DNA from: Schizochytrium sp. TIO01
Taxonomy: Eukaryota > Protista > Bigyra: Labyrinthulomycetes
DNA: 64,000 nucleotides
Direction: 5' to 3'
NCBI GenBank assembly: GCA_004764695.1
Contig: SMSO01000014.1
Location: forward strand, 6,376,029 to 6,440,028
This document shows, one piece after another, positions 54,788-64,000 of this stretch. The notes under the pieces were generated by a model. The model worked only from the letters and a program-made list of their open reading frames with translations. It ran no database searches and was not told the origin of the DNA. The position numbers and the translations under genes are program-made. Numbering within the stretch: position 1 is the first letter of the stretch; the number at the start of each line of letters is the position of its first letter.

Positions 54788-56617
54788 ATGGGCGACTACG
54801 GCACAAAGCGTGAGCTCTCCGAAGAGGATGTCCGCGTGCTCAAAGACCACCTTCGACGCCAAAAGGCTGTATTTAAGCTTCAGGTTGCTCTTTTGGACCA
54901 AGAGCGTATGTCTGTAGACCTTTTGCGGAATGCAGCTCGCAGATTTCAACCTGCAGACCTTGACGACCTCGCGGAGGAGCGTATGCTCAACAAACTTTGC
55001 GGATACCCACTATGTGGCAAGAAGCCACGTAAGGATTTGCCCAAGGTCAGGGTTGTGGACGCGGAGAGGAAACTTATTGTCAGCGCAGAACAGGCAAGGC
55101 GATTCTGCAGCATGGACTGCTTGCATAGGCTGGAGCTGCTTAAGGTACAGGTTCCTGCGAACAGCCTTGACAGCCGTATCGACATCCCTCTTATGGATGG
55201 TTATACCGACACTGCGAAGGGTGATGATAGTGCGAAGAAAGAAGCTAGCGTTGCAACCAATGTCAAACCAGAAAAAGTAAGTTCGTCTCCAGAGGCGACA
55301 GATGAATCTACAACAGGGGTGCTAAAATCGCTTCGAGCTGGTGATACGGTAGCATCATTAGTGACAAGCACAGCACCAGTTCTAGAGCGTGAGGTAGATA
55401 AGGAAGCTAATACCCACTCGTTCCCTGCCCCAGGGTCCAAGGTCTCCACCTATGCGGTTGAGGGTTACCGCACAATGCCCGAAGACAAGCTCGAGCGGGC
55501 AGCTCTTGTTGAGAAGATTAAAGCCAAGAAGCAACAGCAGCAGCAGCAACCCAAACCCAAAGAGACAAGCGAAAAGGGGTCCCATGACGCTGAAGAGAAC
55601 GAAGAAAGTACCTTAGCTGTGAAACAAGCTTCTGCGGCCTCGCCTCCTTCGGCGATTGCACAAGCATTTTCTGCAGACACTAAACCACCATCAGCGCCAG
55701 ACCATGAGCAAACAGCTGAACAAATTTTGGCCCAGCTTCGCGAGTTAGGGATCAACGAAGACGAAGATTTCGCTGGTGCTGCAAAAGCTGCAGCTGCAGC
55801 TGCTGAAGCCTCTACTTCAGCGATGATTGCCAATACTGCAGACAATCAGAAGCCAGCAATTGACAATATTAACAAAGTGGGAGACAAAGAGGATGCGCAG
55901 GATGTAGAAAGCGATGGACTCGGCTCGGACGACGAGGAAGAGGAAAAGAACCTGAACGATGTTGAAAATGCCCTTGAAGATGAGCAGGAGGAAGAGGAAG
56001 AGGAGGACGACCTTGATCTTGATGCCGATATGGACCTTAGTTCTTCCACATTCAGCTTTTTTGATGTCTCAACCCTTTCGCAAGATTTGAATGCTTTCCA
56101 GTTTACTCCCCTCATGCGTTTCACTGATGTGATGAATTCTTGGACCAGCCCTCGCTCGAATGAGTTTGATTCAGGAAATGAAGTCGACCCAATTACCCAA
56201 AGTCGGGCACAGGTTCTCCATTCGAATCTGTCACGAGCATGTGGTATTGTTTCGAATGCTCTACCATCTGGCCGTTATTACCGTTCTGCCTGTCAACAGG
56301 CGCTTCTCGACGCCTCGTCGGGGTTTAACCATGCTCGTCCTGTGCATTCATTCTCTGCTATGGAGTGGCAAGTACTCTCTGCTGTTATGTTACATGCCCT
56401 TGTTCCAACGGTAGAAAGCCTTGATATAAAGCTCCTTGACCCGCTCCGTACATTCGCGATCTCCTCAGAGCGTGGCAAAGCGAAGCTTGAAGAAGCGGAA
56501 TTTGATAGCATTGCAAGTTATGTTCGCATCTCTCTCGCTGAAGCTAAGGCTCAGAGCGTGCAACTTACCACTGTCCCAAGTGCCCCAGAGGAACCTCTTC
56601 AATCTATCCCCGAGTGA
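54788..56617 (+). CDS. RPAP2: RNA polymerase II CTD phosphatase RPAP2/Rtr1
   Basis: DDLAEERMLNKLCGYPLC...RFCSMDC is the Rtr1 zinc finger. C-terminal conserved blocks are TPLMRFTDVMNSW and FSAMEWQVLSAVMLHAL. First in-frame ATG is at 54788. Confidence 0.88.
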   Translation: MGDYGTKRELSEEDVRVLKDHLRRQKAVFKLQVALLDQERMSVDLLRNAARRFQPADLDDLAEERMLNKLCGYPLCGKKPRKDLPKVRVVDAERKLIVSAEQARRFCSMDCLHRLELLKVQVPANSLDSRIDIPLMDGYTDTAKGDDSAKKEASVATNVKPEKVSSSPEATDESTTGVLKSLRAGDTVASLVTSTAPVLEREVDKEANTHSFPAPGSKVSTYAVEGYRTMPEDKLERAALVEKIKAKKQQQQQQPKPKETSEKGSHDAEENEESTLAVKQASAASPPSAIAQAFSADTKPPSAPDHEQTAEQILAQLRELGINEDEDFAGAAKAAAAAAEASTSAMIANTADNQKPAIDNINKVGDKEDAQDVESDGLGSDDEEEEKNLNDVENALEDEQEEEEEEDDLDLDADMDLSSSTFSFFDVSTLSQDLNAFQFTPLMRFTDVMNSWTSPRSNEFDSGNEVDPITQSRAQVLHSNLSRACGIVSNALPSGRYYRSACQQALLDASSGFNHARPVHSFSAMEWQVLSAVMLHALVPTVESLDIKLLDPLRTFAISSERGKAKLEEAEFDSIASYVRISLAEAKAQSVQLTTVPSAPEEPLQSIPE

Positions 56618-57505
56618 GAGATGGCAAGTGTAGCCTCGAAATTCCACTTTTTCCGTGCTCAAGTACGATCTTACACTGATACAGTCAAAAACACAACAAA
56701 CTTTCATCACAAAAGAAACCTCCACATGCAGTTGGAGTTTTTCATAATTTCTATGTAATCCGACGTTTGCGTCGCATTATTGCACATTCTATTACTTCTA
56801 TGAAACTAAGGAAGTGATTCACATAAACCGATTTTGCCATGTTTTTTCTTTATTCTGCTCTGTCAGCTCAGGTTTTCATGAATATCTAAGTAAACGACTT
56901 CTTTTCAAGTGCGCTCACGTTGAGTGAGGTACACACCTCTATATTTTAAGTTTTGCGATCTTCCCCGGGCCTCGCTTCATTTCGCCTCAACACCCCTAAA
57001 CACCAGGCTAAAATAACAAACCTCTTATAAAAAGGAGTGACCCCAAGAGCGCCTCTTTCTATTGCGGCGCGTGCCGCCTAGTGTTTACATTGTAATATAT
57101 ATCTACTAGTTCACTACCAAGTAAGTAAGAATTCTTTTTCCTTACTTTAAACATACGTCAAATACTTCGACAAAGCTTAATGCGCACAATACCTACCCAG
57201 ATACCTATCTGCCTACAAAAATTGCAGCTCTTGCCAAACTCCAAACCCAACTCGGAGCACCTGTGAGTATAGCTTGTATGCCTAGCTTTCCAAATATCGT
57301 CACGGCCGCCTTTCCCCTCGCGAGAGGAAGGTCGAGAAGTGCCATCAGTACTAGCACGTACAACGAAAAACGTGAGAAGTAAAGCTGGGCCTTTCTTTGA
57401 AAGGTATATCACTGAGACTACCGAGCTTGGTTGAATGGGGCAGAGACTAACCTACAACTGCTTGTTTAGTTGACTGAATTGCGGCATAGTGGTGAAAATT
57501 CTACG

Positions 57506-59042
57506 ATGTCAACACAAGGTGAGAGCAGCGTTCTGGCGAGTGCAGTTCTTGGAGGTCTTGCACAAGCACTACACGCATTTGGCATCGATAGTGACGATGA
57601 AACTGATGCCGGGGAATGCAACACTATTGTTTCGAGTAATGTACGCATAAGTAATATGCCAGAATGCGAAGATCACGGGATGCTGGTCTCAGTTCGAATG
57701 CGGACTGGTCGCCACGTTGACGCAATTGAGCTTGAATTTGAAGACGGTCATATCAAACAGTACGGAAACGACTCTGGTGGAGAGGTGCAAGACTCCTTCG
57801 AGATCAATGCAGGGGACCGTGAATACCTTGTGCGGATCCAAGGTCGTCAGAACAAATACCTTGATGGAATTCAATTTATCACAAACTACGGACGTGCAAG
57901 TAGATGGTATGGAGGTCGGGGAGGCCGCCCTTTTGCTAGTCGGGCTAGTGCTGGATCAATGATTGTAGGGCTGCACATGGAAGGCGACTTTTGCCCTTGC
58001 TTTCGACAGATACGTATCCAGGCTGCCCCCAGCCCGCCAAAATATCTTGGGATTCTCAGGCTCTTGTTTCACAAAAATGTACGATCGTTAATTTATAGTG
58101 GAAAGCCTTCACTTTTTGATCTATCCCGGCAAGGTAAGCCATCTGTACTTTTTCTTTTAATACGACATCGCGCACGTATGCTGCGGCTTTTTATCCGTGG
58201 CAAACCTTCATTTGCAAGACTTATGCTTGAAGGTGAACAAAGTCCTCAGCCGTCTTCTCTTTTCCGGAGACTCTGCACATCTCTCCCAGAAGGCGAATAT
58301 TCTCCAATGGAGTTAATATTAAAAAGTCCTAGAAAGGATAAATCATCAAGAAGTCTGGCGCAGCTAATGTTGCTAGGATCCCCGTCAATGGCACGCCAAT
58401 TCATGGGGGCTCGCCTTTCCAAGCTGACACCCTTGGCGCGCATGCTTTTCGAAGGCGATACTATAAATGGCTTTCCTTCTTTAACATACCTGTTGACTTT
58501 GCGAGATTCCTTCGAAGGTAAGCAACACCCTAGTGTGCTCGAGTCTATCTTACAATACGAAGAACTTCAATGGGAGTTACCTATGCACGAGCTCGCTACG
58601 GCACCTATGTCGTTGATGCGTCTATTACTGATGGGAAAACCATCTTTGTTTGATCTTATTCTTGATGGGGAGCGATCAGGTCGAGGCTCTCTGTTAAGAC
58701 GCATTGTCACGGCTTCAAACAACGATGGTCTCTCGATTGCACGCATGGTCTTGACGAGTTTTGATAATCAGCATGGTCACCGGCCAGCGCTCTCGTTGTA
58801 CCTGTTCGGAGGTGAAAACCTCGAAGGTCATCGCTCCTCAATTTTGAGGTTGATGATTGCAGCAGAGCGGAGGTCAGATCAACTTTCCATCATGCGTTTA
58901 CTCTTGTATCAATTTGAAGCACACCCGAAGACTCCACATCTACTGCGAAATTTATCTGGCCTTGGTAAACACGCTGCAAACAAGGGTGATGTCTCAAAAG
59001 GTGTTGCATGGCATACCCCAGAGAGTGATAAGTTAAGGGGTA

Positions 59043-59083
<41 letters not shown>

Positions 59084-60064
59084 ACTGTGAGTGGCGATCC
59101 TGCAAGCCCCTCTCAACCGAGGCTTTTTCGAAACCCTTTGCGTCTAGAAAAGCAGCGGTCACTTATGGACCTTCTCACTGCAGGAAGTCCATCAATTGCC
59201 TATTTGTTTTTTGAAGGAGAACTTCAAGGCGAAGACTCCTTAGCTCGTCTTATGTTTGGTACAAGTGTAGATTTCAAAGACGGCTACTTGCGACTTGGTA
59301 AAACATTAAGCGAAGACAATGCAGGTGTCTCATTAATGCAGATGCTTTTGGCTGGGGAAGAAGATAGTGGACCCGGTATATCTCTAATGCGACTTCTTTT
59401 GTTGGGCGAGGAAGAGTCAGGATCTTCAATCTTACGTTTGCTGCTCACAGCTGAAAGGTCATCAGAACCATCGCTTCTTCGGATTCTTATAATTGCTCTG
59501 AAGGCAGTGTTGATTGCAGCCAAAACGCGCCCAAACCAATTTCGCACTGGAGAGTGGCGGGATCATTTTAAAAGAATCCGCGATGCAATTTTTAATAATC
59601 AGCATCAAGGTGGGTCACCGCGCTCCCAAATGAAGAGTATCTCTGATGCGCTAAATCCACAAGGAGGCCAGCTTCAAGCAATCTTAGGGGTCTTATCGAC
59701 TATTCGCAGCCGAAACAAACGTTTTCAGGCTCGTTGGAAAGAGCAGTTCCTGCGTGTGGCTCATGAGATAGAGCTTGCAGGAGAGCGTGCCCACCCGGGA
59801 ACTTTGTGGCATGAAATGGCACCGAAATGGGAAAAGATTGCTGTTGATATTGGTTTACAGAACTGGGGACAGCTTATGGCAGATGTTGCATCTTCGGTCA
59901 GCTCTTTGCAAGGGCTTTCCCAGTGGGTTGAACGACTCAACTCAAAAACACCAGTTTGGCTAAGGGATACGTTGCGTCAAGCTTCCTCACAAATTTCATC
60001 ATGGCAACGTTCTGGAAGCGTAGAACTTGATCCAGACGACGATTATCGTGAATACTACCATTGA
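57506..60064 (+). CDS. Jacalin-like lectin domain + unfamiliar short helical repeat region + Trp-rich helical C-terminus
   Basis: Jacalin: RTGRHVDAIELEFEDG..YGNDSGG..EYLVRIQGR..YLDGIQFITNYGRASRWYGGRGGRPF..IVGL. It is followed by about 25 xS(L/I)xR(L/M)(L/M)xxG(E/K)-type units and an Asp run encoded by (GAT)n at about 59045-59080. First ATG is at 57506. Confidence 0.8.
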
Positions 60065-60779
60065 ATAAACCATGAATTTAATTCTTAAGCAGACTTCCCA
60101 TCCCTTCAACACTGCTATAGTATCAGGTGCATGCTGTAAACTGGATATGTGAAAACCAAATAAATTAGTCTCAATTAAAACTCACTTGATTAACTTATCA
60201 AATTTCACGTTGTGCTATCAACCTCGACATAAATCCATTAATGTAAGCTGGTTCCTGTACAAAGCACTCAAACTTTAATTGTGCCCCGGCTCCGACGCTA
60301 CCTACTCCTGGGCCAGGTAGATAGATGGGCTGACTACCTTGCCTTCTTTCAGATTATTCATGTCATCTCAAAGTGCCATCCAAAGAGGTTTATATACTTG
60401 CATTTCAGGTCACAGGTAATGTATTCCTTAAATGTCAAAGTTGCGTCATCATTGCATGGGTTTGACATCTCAAATAAGACTTTGCTGGCTTCAGCTCCCT
60501 TTCCGAACCGTTATGCAGTAGTAGCAAGTAGTACCTACTGCAGTTATTTCGGATGATTTTCCGGCCTCGTCGAACCTCACGAATTTGCAGCGACCGTCAC
60601 AAAGTAGTGGTTGTACTTTCTGTTGGTAGCCTATCCTCACGGCTTGTTCTAGTCGTACCCTCATTTGCGATGGTCTTGAGCAAATGGAGCTCAAATGGGT
60701 AAAATCATCCTTGTGCAACGCCTCCTTTCTTGAATGGGGAAAAGGTAAAAAACAGAATGACAAATAAAGAACTATTATT

Positions 60780-60815
60780 CTAAACACATAGGTACCGAAA
60801 GACCTATGTGTTTAG
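60780..60815. repeat. Perfect 14-bp inverted repeat with an 8-nt spacer
   Basis: ctaaacacataggt-accgaaag-acctatgtgtttag. Confidence 0.9.
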
Positions 60816-61500
60816 GAAAAAAGTAAAAATATCAGAAGTAACGAAGAAGAATTTAGGTTTCTAAATCTTTAGAGTGCAATCAAGTCACCAAATAGAAATC
60901 GGGGATGGGCTGCGATGGCGCCAGAAGAGATGCTGCACTACGTTAATTCCTGTCGAATCATCTTCTCGTTTTGAAAAACTTATTAGCGAGTCTGCCTTGA
61001 GTCCCATCTCTAAATACGTACTACTACTACTAGTAATAGTCAAAGTAGTATTAGTAGTGCAACTTAATATTTTTTCAGACGATCATTGTCGATTCCGTCT
61101 GCAGAACCGGTACTACTATCAACCCCCCCCAAAGCCTTCTACCTCGTGGTGAGGTTCTTTCGGTGAGTGCGACTGCTACCTGGGGGCGCCTTCTATTGCT
61201 GCCCCTGAAGTCGCCGTGGCTGCTTTGCGGCGACGTTGTTCTGTGTCGGTTGGGACTGGGTCATCTGGGGTGCCAAAGGATTTGGGTAGAGAGTTTCGTC
61301 TTCTTCCCTTACACGACCAAAGAAAACTATCCTTCATATGAGAATCAGGGATTTTAGAAATAACAAGTGAAGGCGTCTCTATAAAACACCTTGATAAGAC
61401 GGCTTTCGTCTCAGGTTTGAATTGTGCTTACTGTATCTCGTGAGCAAGTTGGTTTCTTCCCTCATTTAATATCATCTACGGGCTTAGGGTGCGGAGCAGA

Positions 61501-63030
61501 ATGTTCGCTTTTACACTCGAAGCTGTAGACCTCGATGTTCTAGAGATGGCAAGGACTCAGCTAGAGCAATGCTTGGTTGCAGAGACTGGGACTTTTCATG
61601 AGGATACCCGGACGGGTAAACACGATGTGCATCTGAAGGGTGAGCATTATGACACTAGCGAGTTTTCACTATATGAGGACGAAGCCAGCGACTTGGATGT
61701 GGACGAGAATAAGTATCACGGCAACGATCGTTACTATGACCATGAGTTTGCGTCTTCACCATCAATAAATTCGCCAACTTCAATTGCTGAGCGACGTGCT
61801 CGTGGTATGCCAAGGTCTTCACTGGACCGAGTCGTAGAAATTAGAATGCAATGCATGGCTTTGAGAATCATGATCAGTCTTTTGCTACGCTATGGATTGG
61901 TTAAGTTTCGGTGTGAGCTATTACGACTCGGTGCAGAGCTGATGGAGTTGCAAGCAGACGCTGGGGTGGCGAATGCTAGTGAAGTTTACTTTACAGATAT
62001 TAATGTTGTACAATTTTCATGCGCGCTTGCACAACGTTTTGATGGAGAAACTGAACTGCAACCTGCTGAAGCATATACGCAGTATCGTAGTTGTGGTCGT
62101 GGGCATGAAACGAAGTCAAATATCAGAAAAGTGAGAGCAAACTCGACGAGCTCATCAACGAGTGCTCATCAGCCGAAGCATGAAAATCGAGAACACTTCA
62201 ACACTGAGGAGAAGTTATCCGGTTATTCTGCAGGTCCACCTACACATCTGCGAATTGATCCGCGGCCACCTATGCAGCAAGCAGGTGTCTATTCACCAGC
62301 TAGCGGGGCTTTGCGCAACCGCATTCAAGAAAAACAAAAACGCTTTATACGCTCACGAATACTTACATCAGCCGCAGCAGCTCATAATCGAAAAACGCCT
62401 AAGAGTCAACCTTTATTTCAAGACGATAGATCCTGGGCTCAGCAGTTGCGAAGCTCTAAACCTTCGCCCCCCACATCGCCATCTGGAGATGTTGCAGCAC
62501 AGACAGGTTTGACAACTTCTGCAGCTATCTCAGCGGTGGTAGCTGCAGCAATACAAGGCTCTAGCAAAATAGGCGACTCCTGTTTTACAGCTTCAGAGCT
62601 TGCAGCTATGAGCGCTTCCAATGTATCTATCTCATCATCAGCGTACTTGAAAAGCCTTGGGCGGTCACGCACTCCAACAGCGCAGGAACTAGGTCAATTG
62701 CATCGGGGTGGTCATGCAAGCCCTTCTTCGTCGCTTGTAGAATCTGTTTTGCAAAAAGCATTAACACCGACATCCCTGCGAACAATGTCTGTTGATGGTG
62801 GTCGTTCTTCACGAAGGCGGAGTCGCGAGCGCAGCAATTCGGATGCGGCTCTTCGTCGGCGTATGTCTCAGGCATATGGCAACTTTTACTCGCAACAGAA
62901 CGCGCGCAAACAAGCTGAGCGCGCCCGGCAGATTCAAGTGAATGCTGAGAGCATGATGTCAAATTTAGGTGCCTCGTCTTTCTCGACAGCAAGCTCCATG
63001 ACTGCGCTATCGTCTGCACCTATTCACTAA
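61501..63030 (+). CDS. Hypothetical protein (helical N-terminal part, Ser/Arg/Ala-rich disordered C-terminal part)
   Basis: 509-aa ORF from ATG 61501 with coding-like composition. No family recognised. A possible 5' intron runs from GTGAGT at 61163 to TTAG at 61487. Confidence 0.7.
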   Translation: MFAFTLEAVDLDVLEMARTQLEQCLVAETGTFHEDTRTGKHDVHLKGEHYDTSEFSLYEDEASDLDVDENKYHGNDRYYDHEFASSPSINSPTSIAERRARGMPRSSLDRVVEIRMQCMALRIMISLLLRYGLVKFRCELLRLGAELMELQADAGVANASEVYFTDINVVQFSCALAQRFDGETELQPAEAYTQYRSCGRGHETKSNIRKVRANSTSSSTSAHQPKHENREHFNTEEKLSGYSAGPPTHLRIDPRPPMQQAGVYSPASGALRNRIQEKQKRFIRSRILTSAAAAHNRKTPKSQPLFQDDRSWAQQLRSSKPSPPTSPSGDVAAQTGLTTSAAISAVVAAAIQGSSKIGDSCFTASELAAMSASNVSISSSAYLKSLGRSRTPTAQELGQLHRGGHASPSSSLVESVLQKALTPTSLRTMSVDGGRSSRRRSRERSNSDAALRRRMSQAYGNFYSQQNARKQAERARQIQVNAESMMSNLGASSFSTASSMTALSSAPIH

Positions 63031-64000
63031 CTATTCTCGTTTTGTTTTCAAGTAGTATGACTTTGAGGAAATCAAGCGTGCTGTTTCTCTTGTTTCTCGT
63101 TTTAGATATGCTCTAATGAGTTTTTTCCTGCAAAAAAAACTGTAAAGGTATTTAATTGCAAGTGAAAGTTTCTATTTTCATGTTGTTCCATTTTTTCCAA
63201 GTCATTCTGTTCCTTGCTACTGCCGGCGATGGCAATACATGGAATTGAGAAGATTCTCATTTCCTTTTTGTCTCCCAACTGAGTCCGTTCTAATATATGT
63301 GAGAATATAGCCTTTCGATCCTTGCAAGGTAAATTTTCATGTAGCATTCCCAAGACAAACTTTACCAATAATATTCCACACAATAATAAAATGCACAGGA
63401 GACAAATCACAAGCACAATTGATTGCAAGATTTAGAATTGTATGCATGAGAGGCGGGGAAGAAGCTAGCGAAAATTAATTATCGATCTGCATTTCTTCCC
63501 CTCTTCTATCGACTGCAACTAAATATCTCTACATGATCGTGGAGCGAGCAAGCAAGCAGCCCGTTGTCGCAATAGCAGTAGATGAATGATGGAGGACGAA
63601 TATGCATATGCAGCACAGCTTGTATTTGAAGAGAAAAGAGAAGAAAGGCCGGAGGAGGGACACAAATTAAAGTAGAAGATGTAGGAAAAAAAGTAAGATG
63701 TATGTAAGTACGTAAGTGGGTAAAAGGTAGTAGGTAAAAGTAGAGGTAGAAATATTTATCGTCATCATCATCGTCGTCGTTGAGATGGTGTTTGATAATG
63801 TTGAAATCAAAGAACTTCACAATTCACCTCGAAGAGGAATTAGAAAATAATGACGGGTAAATGTGAATCAGGGGCCCGTAGTAGCGAGCTGTGCGCAGAG
63901 AGAAGAAATTAGTAGCCAAGAATGAAGATGTTATTCATTCCATGAGATATTTCACCCAATTCTGTCACAGTGACAACGCAAAGCAAAGCAGATCAGAGCA

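Noticed and set aside
10161-56617. Apparent clustering of RNA-metabolism genes (Gemin8-like, NUP35, EDC4, RPAP2)
   Set aside because: They are interspersed with unrelated genes on both strands, which is unremarkable in a compact eukaryotic genome.

Overview
Eukaryotic nuclear DNA with long, almost intron-free genes and AT-rich, microsatellite-rich spacers. The style suggests a stramenopile protist such as a thraustochytrid, but the taxon is inference only. There are 14 protein genes: PDS5, a tandem GFA/CENP-V protein, a possible Gemin8-like protein, a 2OG-Fe(II) oxygenase, a DNAJC7-like TPR/J protein, NUP35, EDC4/VARICOSE, a PTEN-like pseudophosphatase-C2-RING-H2 fusion, a 4077-aa BEACH/WD40 protein, PSMG3/PAC3, a piggyBac-derived protein, RPAP2/Rtr1, a jacalin protein with an unfamiliar helical repeat, and one orphan. 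I found no convincing rRNA, intact tRNA or CRISPR array. The most notable observations: (1) a jacalin plus ~25-copy short helical repeat protein; (2) a dead PTEN-like domain fused to a RING-H2 whose last exon I reconstructed across a 139-nt intron; (3) an intact but apparently catalytically dead piggyBac transposase; (4) a hairpin-dense ~190-nt element between NUP35 and EDC4; (5) four apparent single-base frame breaks, all between two oppositely oriented (GTTT)n arrays, two of them at slippery-codon+TGA-C sites. Homopolymer assembly error is the most parsimonious reading of the frame breaks. All family assignments are by eye, without database searches.
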